From Candidatus Latescibacterota bacterium (GTDB lineage Bacteria > Latescibacterota > UBA2968 > UBA8231), in contig OZ241867.1 of NCBI GenBank assembly GCA_965203175.1, forward strand, positions 4,224,001 through 4,288,000: DNA of 64,000 nt, written 5' to 3'. This document shows, piece by piece, positions 30,278-39,226 of this stretch. The notes under the pieces were generated by a model, which did no database searches, was not told where the DNA came from, and saw only the letters and a list, made by a program, of their open reading frames with translations. Each line of letters opens with the position of its first letter. Positions within the stretch are counted from its first letter, which is position 1. A program made the translations under genes and the position numbers.

Positions 30278-30984
30278 GGGCGAGTCTCCGCTCGGAAGTC
30301 GTCGATATCGACTGTACGATCGAAGCACGCCGCGAGGGTTGGATCATGACTGACGAAGACCAGCGTCGCTCGCGACGCCTGAACCTGCTCAAACAGCAGC
30401 TCGATGAAGCGTGCTCGTGCATCGAAGTCGAGTGCCGAGGTCGGTTCGTCCGCAATCACGATCTCGGGATCGCCAACCAAGGCTCGCGCCGCGGCCACGC
30501 GCTGCTGCTGGCCGACGGAGAGCCTGGATACGGGTGCCGTCGGGTCCAGCTCCTCCTCGACGAACAGGCGCTGCAGCAGCAACCGCGCGGCAGCGGTCAC
30601 GCCACCGTGCTCCTCGGCCGCGCGCATGGCTCGGCGCCGGGAGAAGTGGCAGGGCAGGACGACGTTCTCGGCCAGGTTGAGGTAGGGGACCAAGTTGAAT
30701 TGCTGAAAGATGAACCCGATGTGGTCGGCGCGAAGTCGGTCGCGAGCGGCCGCGGCCAGCGAGCCCGTATCCTGCTGCATCAGCGACAGGCGGCCCGAAT
30801 CCGGCGTCAGTACTCCTGCCAACAGGTTCAGCAGCGTCGACTTGCCGCTACCCGAGGGGCCGCGGATATACAGGTGTTCGCCGCGTCGCAGGAGGAAGCG
30901 GTCGCAACTGAGCAGAGGCGCAGCGCCGGGCCAACCGAAGCGCAGGTCCTCGATTTCGATGAGCTCTTCGTTCACCTCGGGCAT
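30274..30984 (-). CDS. ABC ATP-binding protein (ZrgB-like)
   Basis: GPSGSGKST, LSVGQQQRV, ADEPTSALD, VSHD. Confidence 0.92.
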   Translation of the reverse strand: MPEVNEELIEIEDLRFGWPGAAPLLSCDRFLLRRGEHLYIRGPSGSGKSTLLNLLAGVLTPDSGRLSLMQQDTGSLAAAARDRLRADHIGFIFQQFNLVPYLNLAENVVLPCHFSRRRAMRAAEEHGGVTAAARLLLQRLFVEEELDPTAPVSRLSVGQQQRVAAARALVGDPEIVIADEPTSALDFDARARFIELLFEQVQASRATLVFVSHDPTLAACFDRTVDIDDFRAETRP

Positions 30985-30996
30985 CGGCTCGCGTAG

Positions 30997-31893
30997 CTAT
31001 CTCAACCGGATCACCGGGTCATCCGCCTTGGCAACGCCACCGAACTGGCCGTCCGGCGTCAGTGCCTGCACACGGATCGCCTCGATGCGCGGCCAGTACT
31101 CGAAGAGACGAACCCCGATCGTCTCGATGGCTGATCCATTGCACTCGCAGCGATAGCGTGCATGGAACTCGGAGTGCATGTCCCCATCCTCGCCGTCATG
31201 TCCGTGCTCGTCGCCGTCATCGTGTTTGGCTTCGTGCCCGGCGTGCATGCCGTCCCCATCCTCGCCGTCATGTCCGTGCTCGTCGCCGTCATCGTGTTTG
31301 GCTTCGTGCCCGGCGTGCATGCCGTCCCCATCCTCGCCGTCATGTCCGTGCTCGTCGCCGTCATCGTGTTTGGCTTCGTGCCCGGCGTGCATGCCGTCCC
31401 CATCCTCGCCGTCATGTCCGTGCTCGTCGCCGTCATCGTGTTTGGCTTCGTGCCCGGCGTGCGTGCCGTCCCCATCCTCGCCGGCGTGTCCGTGCTCGTC
31501 GCCGTCATCGTGTTCAGCGTCTTGTCCATGACCATCTTCGCGCTTCTCTTCTTCTCCGTGGCCGTGCTCCACTTCCGCGACATGCAAGCTGCAGCTGGCC
31601 GCAAGGGGCAGGTCGAACAGCTCGTTGCCCTTCCTCAGCTGCTCGATCGCATCTCGGATCGCTCGACGCTCGGCGGCAGTGACGGCTTCGTGCTCGAAGC
31701 CAACGATATTGCCGGCCGGTGACACGAACTCGATCTCAAGTTCGTCGCCTTCCATTGCCAGATTGAGGGTTGCGATCCCGTGAACGTGTGCGGACTGTTG
31801 AGCTGCCGTCACACCGGTCAGCATCAACAGGGAGGCCACGACGGGCAGAGATCTACAGATCATACGGCTCATCCTCCGAGCGGGCACAGTCAC
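30997..31893 (-). CDS. DUF2796/ZrgA-like periplasmic zinc-binding protein with His/Asp tandem repeat
   Basis: Signal peptide, AHVHG, SPAGNIVGFEH, HSEFHARYRCEC; start may be at an internal Met. Confidence 0.88.
   Translation of the reverse strand: MTVPARRMSRMICRSLPVVASLLMLTGVTAAQQSAHVHGIATLNLAMEGDELEIEFVSPAGNIVGFEHEAVTAAERRAIRDAIEQLRKGNELFDLPLAASCSLHVAEVEHGHGEEEKREDGHGQDAEHDDGDEHGHAGEDGDGTHAGHEAKHDDGDEHGHDGEDGDGMHAGHEAKHDDGDEHGHDGEDGDGMHAGHEAKHDDGDEHGHDGEDGDGMHAGHEAKHDDGDEHGHDGEDGDMHSEFHARYRCECNGSAIETIGVRLFEYWPRIEAIRVQALTPDGQFGGVAKADDPVIRLR
31181..31513 (-). repeat. 72-bp coding tandem repeat, about 4.6 copies
   Basis: Unit starts at 31181, 31253, 31325, 31397, 31469; encodes HAGHEAKHDDGDEHGHDGEDGDGM. 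Confidence 0.95.
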
Positions 31894-32290
31894 ATCGGCT
31901 TGCGCGGCACAGGCGGTAGTTGCGGACGTGGGCGGAGATCAGAACGACGGCCGCCGCGAGCGTCGCTGCGCGCTCACCGGACTCGCCGAGGACATCATGC
32001 AACACCGTGGCGGCCAACAGGATCCCAAGCATGCCGATGGCACCCAGGGCCAGCACCCAGGCATCGCGGTGCTCACGGCAACCCAGGCTGAACGCCACGA
32101 TTCCGGCCGGGAGAACCAAACACAGCAGGCCGAGATGGAAGATCTCCTCGCCCATCAGCGTGAGAGGCAAGGTGGTGCCCAGTACTAGGCTCAGGGGGAG
32201 GATGGCGCAGTGCAGGGCGCACAGTGACGATCCGACGGTGCCCACAACGTCGGCGCCGAGCTGTAGGGCTGGCGACTTGGATTTCAGCAT
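31853..32290 (-). CDS. MerC domain membrane protein
   Basis: SSLCALHCAILP, four TM helices, AHVRNYRLCR. Confidence 0.82.
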   Translation of the reverse strand: MLKSKSPALQLGADVVGTVGSSLCALHCAILPLSLVLGTTLPLTLMGEEIFHLGLLCLVLPAGIVAFSLGCREHRDAWVLALGAIGMLGILLAATVLHDVLGESGERAATLAAAVVLISAHVRNYRLCRASRCDCARSEDEPYDL

Positions 32291-32437
32291 TTATCCTCGC
32301 TGGTATTTGGCGTCTCGGCCCCTGACCGTTCCTATGTAGTCAGGAAGCCCGCTGGCTGGCCCGAGCGTCCGGCCCTGCCGGTTCTCCGCGTTCCGGCCCG
32401 AGGCCCAGGGACGAGACTCCCGTGCTGAAAGCAAGCC

Positions 32438-32465
32438 TTGACGATAACTGAAAATCGATTATCAT
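32438..32465 (+). promoter_or_regulatory. Promoter with Fur-family-like operator A
   Basis: TTGACG-N16-TATCAT overlapping TGAAAA-TCGA-TTATCA (32449-32464). Confidence 0.65.
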
Positions 32466-32472
32466 GCAATTC

Positions 32473-32760
32473 ATGCAGAGAGCGAAGCAGCAGATGACCG
32501 TCTTGCGAGCCCTTGACGAGGCGGACGGCCCCCTGTCCGCCAGGGAACTGTGGAGCCGCCTGAGCGGAACGGGTGTCGGTCTCGCCACGGTATACCGCGC
32601 TCTCCAACGGGGTGTTGAGGAAGGCACGCTGGAATCGGTCGAGGGGTTAGGCGGCGGCGTTCGGTACGAGCCCAAGGACCGCGAGCATCACCATCACTTT
32701 CTCTGCTCGGCCTGCGACCGCGCGTTCGACCTCTTCGAACCACTCACCCAGGAGAATTAG
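32473..32760 (+). pseudogene. C-terminally truncated Fur/Zur family regulator
   Basis: GVGLATVYRAL, HHHHFLCSAC, then fused to foreign sequence; lacks the second CxxC. Confidence 0.75.
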
Positions 32761-32909
32761 ATGAATACGCCTCAAAAAGTACCCGTAACGATCCTCACCG
32801 GCTTCCTCGGCTCTGGCAAGACGACCCCCGCCGCAATCAGCTCGTCTTCATCGGCCGCAACCTCGATGAGCAGAGCATGCGGCAGGGGTTTGAAGCATGT
32901 CTGATTTAA
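32736..32909 (+). pseudogene. Internally deleted copy of the COG0523 gene at 25024-26370
   Basis: Matches 24999-25090 joined to 26287-26370 across a GACGA(C/G)CCC microhomology. Confidence 0.9.
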
Positions 32910-33943
32910 ATGGCGGCAGCCCGAGGGGCGCTCTTCGCCGGGGCTGGTCTGCGGCGGTTGGCGACTACGCTATCGCCGGGGGTTGGAGCCTACGCGGTGA
33001 GGCGCTGATGGTCGGTGATGCTGCGGGTGGCGTTTACGCATTCGACGGCAAGTCTGGCGCGACCGTCTGGGAGCGGCGCGGGGTTCATGAAGGCGGTGTG
33101 CTCGCGGTGGCGATCCACCCAAGCGGAACCGCGTTCGCTACGGCCGGCCAGGACAGCCGAGTCTTAATCTGGAGTGCCGCCGAAGGTCAGGTAAGCCGGG
33201 CTATCGACGTCGGAAGCGGTTGGGTAGAAAACGTGGCGTGGTCGCCGGACGGCCAATGGTTGGCGGCCTCCTGCTCCCGGCAGGTTCGCGCGTATGGTGC
33301 GGACGGCGCGGAGGTTTGGCGATCTGATGATCATCCCAGCACCGTCAGCGCGATCGCCTGGTCAAGCGCAGGGGAGCTGGCGACGGCCTGTTACGGTCGA
33401 GTGACGTTCTTCGACGCGCCCACTGGCGAGCTTCGCCAGAAGCTGGAATGGCAGGGATCCTTGGTGTCGATGGTACTGAGCTCGGACGGGGATATCGTGG
33501 CCTGCGGCAGCCAGGACAACTCGGTGCACTTCTGGCGTCGCTCCACGGAGCAGGACTCCATGATGTCCGGATATCCTGGCAAGCCGTCGGCCTTGGATTT
33601 CGATGACACCGACACCCTCTTGGCCACCGGCGGAGGGGAGGCGGTGACGGTCTGGAGCTTCCAGGGAAGGGGTCCCGAAGGCACGCGGCCCGGCGTTCTG
33701 GAACTTCATGATCAACCTGTTACAACGCTCGCCTTCGCTCGCCGCGGGATGCGTCTGGCCTCGGGAGCTCGGGATGGCGGCGTAGTTGTGTGGTCGCTCA
33801 GGCGCGATGGACAAGGCGATCCGACAGGAGTTGCGCTTGTGGCAGATGTTGTCGGCGGCTTGTACTGGCGACCAGATGGACGCGCGCTTGCCGCGCTCGA
33901 CGCGCAGGGTGGCGTGACGGTTTGGCGAGTGAGCAATAGGTGA
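32897..33943 (+). CDS. WD40 repeat beta-propeller protein (COG0523-associated type)
   Basis: Repeated ATAGQDSRVLIW, ACGSQDNSVHFW, ASGARDGGVVVW; SMMSGYPGKP. Confidence 0.88.
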   Translation: MSDLNGGSPRGALRRGWSAAVGDYAIAGGWSLRGEALMVGDAAGGVYAFDGKSGATVWERRGVHEGGVLAVAIHPSGTAFATAGQDSRVLIWSAAEGQVSRAIDVGSGWVENVAWSPDGQWLAASCSRQVRAYGADGAEVWRSDDHPSTVSAIAWSSAGELATACYGRVTFFDAPTGELRQKLEWQGSLVSMVLSSDGDIVACGSQDNSVHFWRRSTEQDSMMSGYPGKPSALDFDDTDTLLATGGGEAVTVWSFQGRGPEGTRPGVLELHDQPVTTLAFARRGMRLASGARDGGVVVWSLRRDGQGDPTGVALVADVVGGLYWRPDGRALAALDAQGGVTVWRVSNR

Positions 33944-33957
33944 AGCACGACCGCAAC

Positions 33958-34045
33958 TCCTTTCTTTGTCGACAAGGTACGGGATATCGTCGGCTTATAC
34001 CTGAATCCCCCCGAGCCCATGGTGCTGTGCGTGGACGAGACGAGC
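33958..34045 (+). mobile_element. IS630-family transposase fragment
   Basis: Translates to PFFVDKVRDIVGLYLNPPEPMVLCVDETS, a hallmark IS630 segment. Confidence 0.8.
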
Positions 34046-34085
34046 CTCTCGCCCTAATGGGCCTAATACAGGTATTTCGGTCACT

Positions 34086-35342
34086 CTAGAAAATGAACTC
34101 GGGAAGATGTGCCGTGCCTAGGACCATGCTCTTGCGACGAAGCTCCTCTCCTTGCTCTTGAATCTGGCTGATGTTTTGCACTCCGAGCAGTTCCATGGAG
34201 CGAAGTAGGTCTTCCTTCATTAACTCAAAGGCTCGGGTTAGACCCAAGTGACCACCGGCTCCTAGTCCACCTGCGGTCACTCTGCCCAAGCCCACAGCCT
34301 TCAGGCCGTAGCTCAGCCCAATAAGAACATCCAGTCCGCTGCGGATACCGCCGTCCATCGCGCAATCGAGTTTGGACTTGGCCGCGCCCAACTTAGGCAT
34401 AGCCTCGGCGACAATCTGCAGGGACGGAATAGCCCGACCTAACTGGCGACCGCCGTGGTTGGAGAAAATTACTCCATTTGCTCCTAGCTCCTCCGCTTTT
34501 AAAGCGTCCTCCGCGCAGTGAACGCCTTTGACGATGAGCGGTTGCCCACCCCATGTTTCTTTAATCCATGGGAGGTCGCTCCAGGTAACAGCCGAGGCAG
34601 CAAGCTGTTCTCCAATACCGGCATATGGCATGGGCTCGCCGCATTCGTCGATGATGTTAACAAAGGGAAGCAATCCACCGTCACGCCAATGCCTCCGTAA
34701 CCACCCCATTCGAGGGACGATCTGTGGTGCTAGCTTCACCTTGTGTAACGCGCGCTTTAGCTTTCTCGGGCCAGAGTAAATAGAGCCCACAGCATCCATC
34801 GGCTTCATCCTGGCATGTTCTATTCTGTTCCCCGACACCGCGGTGTCGATAGTAAGGACCAGTGCAGAAAAACCCGCATCTCTTGCCCGCCTGATTCCTC
34901 GTTTCGCGGTTTCCACTCCGCCGCACAGGTAGAGCTGAAACCACTTCGGACCGTTCGACGCGTCGGCCACGGCTTCCATGGGTGTTTGTGAAAGCGTCGA
35001 CAGCGTCATGGCCGTTCCAAATTCCCCGGCGACTTGGGATGCGACCGCGTCGGCCATCGGCCATAGCGTGCGCAGACTCCCAACCGGCGCGACGAAAAAA
35101 GGAAGAGAAAGTTCCTGGCCGAATATGCTCGTCGTCGTGTCCAACGTCTTGTGTTTGACGGCTCCGGGAGGCGCGAGCATCGTCTGTTGAAACGCCAGGA
35201 CATTCGCCTTCAGCGTAGTCAGCTCATCAGCGCCACCGATAAAGTATTCAGCGGCGATCGGAGGAACTTCTCGCAGCATAATCCGCCAAATATCTGCTGT
35301 TGTCAGCGCATCGGCGATTTCGTTTTCCCTGATTCGGAACAT
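34086..35342 (-). CDS. FMN-dependent alpha-hydroxy acid oxidase/dehydrogenase
   Basis: WFQLY, LTIDTAVSGNR, IVKGV, SNHGGRQL, DGGIRSGLD. Confidence 0.9.
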   Translation of the reverse strand: MFRIRENEIADALTTADIWRIMLREVPPIAAEYFIGGADELTTLKANVLAFQQTMLAPPGAVKHKTLDTTTSIFGQELSLPFFVAPVGSLRTLWPMADAVASQVAGEFGTAMTLSTLSQTPMEAVADASNGPKWFQLYLCGGVETAKRGIRRARDAGFSALVLTIDTAVSGNRIEHARMKPMDAVGSIYSGPRKLKRALHKVKLAPQIVPRMGWLRRHWRDGGLLPFVNIIDECGEPMPYAGIGEQLAASAVTWSDLPWIKETWGGQPLIVKGVHCAEDALKAEELGANGVIFSNHGGRQLGRAIPSLQIVAEAMPKLGAAKSKLDCAMDGGIRSGLDVLIGLSYGLKAVGLGRVTAGGLGAGGHLGLTRAFELMKEDLLRSMELLGVQNISQIQEQGEELRRKSMVLGTAHLPEFIF

Positions 35343-35818
35343 AAGGTGTTCCCATATTCGCGGCGGCCTGGGGTGGGTGACTGCACGCAAACGGATTGCT
35401 CACGGGGTTCGGAAACAGCGAACCGTTCAAATCGGTGGCGATCCAGTTCAGCGGGCAATTCGAGTAAAACACCCGCGTCGCGCGAGGCTTTGGCCCAATC
35501 GAGGAGCAAGCCGTATTGCCACTGTTCCTGGAGGCCGCCAAACCACTGTATCCCCTGAGGCGAGATGACACAGGCGACATTGGCCAGGTCGCACGGGCCA
35601 AGGCATCCGGAGATCGTCAGTTCCACCGTCCTGTTGAGTTTTTCCTCTTTCCACTGCTGCTCGATCCAGTCGCAGGGCACGGGTTTGAACCCTCTGTCCG
35701 TCCGACCGCAGCAACAGCCTTCGCAGAGCAGGATCTGCCCGAGAGCGCGGCTCCGGGGCGTAGCCAGTGCTTCGCGTCTGTCGAGCTTTTCGCGGATGCG
35801 ATGAGTCTGCGCATTCAT
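35303..35818 (-). CDS. Thioredoxin-like [2Fe-2S] ferredoxin (CbiW-like)
   Basis: CEGCCCGRTDRG and SGCLGPCDLANV motifs; ATG 35818; C-terminus may be a read-through extension. Confidence 0.75.
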   Translation of the reverse strand: MNAQTHRIREKLDRREALATPRSRALGQILLCEGCCCGRTDRGFKPVPCDWIEQQWKEEKLNRTVELTISGCLGPCDLANVACVISPQGIQWFGGLQEQWQYGLLLDWAKASRDAGVLLELPAELDRHRFERFAVSEPREQSVCVQSPTPGRREYGNTLCSESGKTKSPMR

Positions 35819-35910
35819 GGGCGTGCCTTTGGCGCATCGGCCCCGCAGTCCGGCTTGTTCTTTTTCCTTATTCCCATATGCTGTTTGCTTGTGAATGTAG
35901 CGATAAGCTG

Positions 35911-37098
35911 CTAGCCACGTGCCCTTGCGGCCGCGACCAACCGGGTGCCGGCTAGTCTCGCTCCGGCGATGTCGCGGGACGCGGGCCCCAGCTCGAGCTC
36001 GGCGAGAGGGCCCGAGACGTGAATGCGCGGATGCCAGCGAAGCGCGGAATCCACGATGGGGTAGCCGCAGCGCGCGCACGGCAACGAGGCCGAGGCGATC
36101 AACGCATCGACCATCGATCCGCCAGGGCGGGTCGATGCGAACCCGGTCGCGAGCAGAACGCGCTCCGCTTCCAGCCCTGAGTGGGTCGCGAGCCGCAGCG
36201 CGAGGACATCGCGGCGCGCATCGAACCCTTCAACCTCGCCCTCGTGCCAGAGCAGCTGGCCCCCTGCGATGGACCGGCGCAGCGCGCGCCGGACGTCGGG
36301 GGGCACCGAACCTTTGTGGCGCGCTTCAGCGATCAGGGTCCGCCGACGATCAAAATTCCGTTCGCGGTGGAAGCGCTCCATGCACTTCGGACCGAGCCAG
36401 CCCGGATCGCTGTCGAATTGGTGCTGGCGCAGGGCATGGCGCGAGACGAGATGGACGCGATGCCCTTCCTCCACGAGGCGGAGCGCCACTTGGGCCGCCG
36501 AGATACCGCCGCCGATGACCACGACGGTCTCGCTTGACGACGGCCACCCGTCGAACCCCGGCTCGCAGACATGGTGGACGCGGGCGTGACTGCGCGGCGC
36601 CCAATCCGGCCACTCGGGCTGTTCGCTCGCGCCGATGGCCAATACGAGGTGCTGCGCTGCGATCTCGCGCCCGGTCGCGAGCAGAACGCCGACGCCGTCA
36701 CGGTCGATCGAGCACTTCGTGGCCCGGTCCTGGATGTGGAGGTTGGCGAGCCCGAAGGTCTCCACCACCCGGTCGCAGTGCGCATTGAAGAGGGCCAGGG
36801 CGGGCCGGTCGTAGGGCGGGGCGAACAGCCCGGTCTTTCGGCGCTTGCGTTTCTTGCGTTTGCCCGCAAAGTGTAGGAGCGAGAAGGGGTCGAGGTCCAG
36901 GTGATGGACTCCCGATGAGCGCAGGTGGGTCATCCCCGTCGTGGCGGTGCAGCTGCGCCAGTGCGCGAGCAGCCGGTCGCCCGGGTCCACGATGCGGAGT
37001 CGTTCGGGGGCGACACCCGATTCTCCAAGCAGACGCGCGGCGATGTGCACGCCGTGAATCCCGCCGCCGATGATCAGCCAATCCAGTGCCACCGACAT
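35911..37098 (-). CDS. FAD/NAD(P)-binding oxidoreductase (N-hydroxylase-like fold)
   Basis: IIGGGIHG, HLRSSGVHHLD, IGGGISAAQ, LLATGF, AELELGPASRDIAGAR. Confidence 0.85.
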   Translation of the reverse strand: MSVALDWLIIGGGIHGVHIAARLLGESGVAPERLRIVDPGDRLLAHWRSCTATTGMTHLRSSGVHHLDLDPFSLLHFAGKRKKRKRRKTGLFAPPYDRPALALFNAHCDRVVETFGLANLHIQDRATKCSIDRDGVGVLLATGREIAAQHLVLAIGASEQPEWPDWAPRSHARVHHVCEPGFDGWPSSSETVVVIGGGISAAQVALRLVEEGHRVHLVSRHALRQHQFDSDPGWLGPKCMERFHRERNFDRRRTLIAEARHKGSVPPDVRRALRRSIAGGQLLWHEGEVEGFDARRDVLALRLATHSGLEAERVLLATGFASTRPGGSMVDALIASASLPCARCGYPIVDSALRWHPRIHVSGPLAELELGPASRDIAGARLAGTRLVAAARARG

Positions 37099-37099
37099 C

Positions 37100-37294
37100 T
37101 CAATCAGCCCTGGCAGTCGCCACCGCTGCGATATTGGCCAGCAACCAAGCCGACGCAGCGCACAGCTGCAACCAGTCCCCTCCGGAGCTGATCCCGTAGA
37201 CGAACATGCTGCCGATCCAACACACGCTAGCCGCCGTCTGGCCGAGCCACTCGGGGCGAAGTGCCCGTTCGACCCGGCTTCGCCGCGGCGTCAT
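37100..37294 (-). CDS. Small two-TM membrane protein
   Basis: EWLGQTAASVCWIGSMFVYGISSGGDWLQLCAASAWLLAN, within the operon. Confidence 0.65.
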   Translation of the reverse strand: MTPRRSRVERALRPEWLGQTAASVCWIGSMFVYGISSGGDWLQLCAASAWLLANIAAVATARAD

Positions 37295-37320
37295 GGAGTT
37301 GGTATCATTGCCACCGCCGG

Positions 37321-38448
37321 TCAGCATTCGCATTCTTGGCCGCAGCAGGACAGGTCGTCCAGGTACATGCCCCACATACGGTACATCTCTAGACCCTCCG
37401 CTGGCAGTCCCAGCGATGTTGCGATCGCCTTGGCGACGACGGCGAAGCGCTGTCGGTACTTGTAGATGAAGCAGAAGATGAGGTTGTCGTGCCGAACGGC
37501 CGCCCCGCAGAGGAAGATCCCCGGGACGAGCGTCGATTCATCGTGCTCGTTCAGCAGCGGAAAGCCGTCCTCCCGCTGTTCAAACAGGTCTGAGACGAGC
37601 GTATGGCTTCCCTCGAATCCGCCAGCGAGCAGCGGCGGCGCAGGCGTGTAGAACCGGCGCCCGTCCTGCGTGACGACCTCGTACGTGGAGTCCGACAGGG
37701 CGACCGACTCGACGGGTGAGTCCGGGATTAGTTCCACATGTTCAGTGAAGGCTGTCCGACGCGTGCGTTCGAGCGAATACGTCGACAGCGCCACGCTGGG
37801 GTCGGAGCTTTGGGACTCCCAGGGATTGCCCCTGTCGAAGAGCCGCACGTGCTTGCCCCGTTCGGCGAGGTGGTAGGCGACGTCAACGCCGCTCTCGTAG
37901 CCGCCGACGACGATGAAGTCGTCGCCGTCCAGCTCGGCGTAGCTGGGGATCGTGGCGGTGTGCCGGCACAGGGCGCTGCCTGCAAATCCGTCCAATCGCG
38001 GGTACTGGAAGTCGCCTGCCGCCCAGATGACGTGGCGGGCCCGCACGGTCCCATCCGCCGTTTCGATCGCGAACTCGTCTCCCTGTCGGGCGATGCTCGT
38101 CACGTCGGTGTGTTCCTGGACCGGCAGTTCGAAGTGCGTCACCGTCGCCTTCAGGAAGGCCGAGTACTCCCGTCCCGTCGGATGCTCGACCCCTATCGTG
38201 TATGCGGGCGAGGTGCCAATCACGACGGAGTTCAGGTCGAGCATGCCGATGGAGTTGGTCGTACACGAGGGCGTGATGAAGCGCATCTCGGCCGGCCACG
38301 AGGCGAAGGACGCGCCGACGGTTTGACGCTCGAGCACGAGGAAGCTCTCGATGCCCGCATGCCCAAGGGCGACCGCGACGCCCACACCTGCCGCGCCGCC
38401 ACCGACGACGACCGCGTCGTACACGTGATCTGTAGTCGAGGCGCTCAT
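37321..38448 (-). CDS. NAD(P)/FAD-dependent oxidoreductase with Cys-rich tail
   Basis: VVGGGAAG, MRFITPS, VVGGYESG, FCFIYKYRQRF, YLDDLSCCGQECEC. Confidence 0.88.
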   Translation of the reverse strand: MSASTTDHVYDAVVVGGGAAGVGVAVALGHAGIESFLVLERQTVGASFASWPAEMRFITPSCTTNSIGMLDLNSVVIGTSPAYTIGVEHPTGREYSAFLKATVTHFELPVQEHTDVTSIARQGDEFAIETADGTVRARHVIWAAGDFQYPRLDGFAGSALCRHTATIPSYAELDGDDFIVVGGYESGVDVAYHLAERGKHVRLFDRGNPWESQSSDPSVALSTYSLERTRRTAFTEHVELIPDSPVESVALSDSTYEVVTQDGRRFYTPAPPLLAGGFEGSHTLVSDLFEQREDGFPLLNEHDESTLVPGIFLCGAAVRHDNLIFCFIYKYRQRFAVVAKAIATSLGLPAEGLEMYRMWGMYLDDLSCCGQECEC

Positions 38449-38564
38449 TCGCCCGTTCCTTCGACCATTTCAAGCCCGGGGAAGGGGTTCGGAAGCCCTG
38501 CCCAGTCCTGGCTGTCGCGGGACGCAAGAGCGTCGTCGCGAGGGGGTATTTCTTCGAGTGTCAT
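38445..38564 (-). pseudogene. Probable internally deleted ZigA-like COG0523 gene
   Basis: DALASRDSQDWAGLPNPFPGLEM aligns with [23 protein letters not shown] at the C-terminus of the 23399 GTPase. Confidence 0.6.
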
Positions 38565-38669
38565 CGGGGTTTTCGTCCAGGTGTGGAGCAGCAAGCTCCG
38601 GTTTGTTTGGTAGCGAGACGCTGCCGCAAACCGACCGCGAATCAAGCGAGGGCGGCAACTTTTGAACCG

Positions 38670-38701
38670 ATAATGATAATCCGTTATCATTATTTGGGCA
38701 A
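38670..38701 (-). promoter_or_regulatory. Promoter with Fur-family-like operator B
   Basis: Perfect ATAATGATAA-TCCG-TTATCATTAT inverted repeat (38670-38693); TTGCCC-N17-TATCAT on the minus strand. Confidence 0.8.
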
Positions 38702-38772
38702 GTCAAATACCGAATATTCGATACCCCTACTTGATCCAGCTCGATCTCCCGCTCGTCGGGTAATTCGTTCAA
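38702..38772 (-). pseudogene. folE2: 5' stump of GTP cyclohydrolase IB (FolE2-like)
   Basis: MNELPDEREIELDQVGVSNIRY resembles the FolE2 N-terminus; follows a Fur-family gene. Confidence 0.5.
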
Positions 38773-38793
38773 ATCATCCTATTCAAGCCTGTT

Positions 38794-39174
38794 TCACTTG
38801 TCCGCGCTGCAATCGCGGCATTGTCCGTACAGCGTGATCTCGTGCCCTTCGAGCTCGAAGCCCGGCGGCGCCAGCTGCGCGATACCCTCGGCACACCCGT
38901 GGATGTCGAAGGCTTCGTCGCACTCGCGACAGAGAAAATGGTGATGATGACCCCGGTCGGTCGGCTCGTAGCGCACATCATTGACGCCCAGATCCACGGC
39001 CCGCACTTCACCGGCGTCTTGCAGGCGCCTGAGCTGCCGATAGACCGTTGCAATGCCCAGCGTCGGCACTATGGGGGACGCCAAGTCGAGGATTTCCAGG
39101 GGGCGAAGTGGGCCGGGGGCGTCGCGAATAACCCGCACGATGGCGCTGCGTTGGCTGGTGCGTCTGTTGCTCAT
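38794..39174 (-). CDS. Fur family regulator (Zur-like)
   Basis: TSQRSAI, GIATVYR, HHHHFLCREC, GQCRDC. Confidence 0.9.
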   Translation of the reverse strand: MSNRRTSQRSAIVRVIRDAPGPLRPLEILDLASPIVPTLGIATVYRQLRRLQDAGEVRAVDLGVNDVRYEPTDRGHHHHFLCRECDEAFDIHGCAEGIAQLAPPGFELEGHEITLYGQCRDCSADK

Positions 39175-39226
39175 GGGGATGCCTCCTTGATCTGCCGGAT
39201 GCCGGATCGGACCTGGTTGTGGCGAA

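Noticed and set aside
28440-30455. 671-aa ORF as one protein
   Set aside because: Only the last 186 aa (DUF3299, own RBS at 29000) are credible; the rest overlaps the permease in another frame
31181-31513. Possible CRISPR array
   Set aside because: Units are contiguous with no unique spacers, have a period divisible by 3 and lie in frame within a CDS; no cas genes nearby
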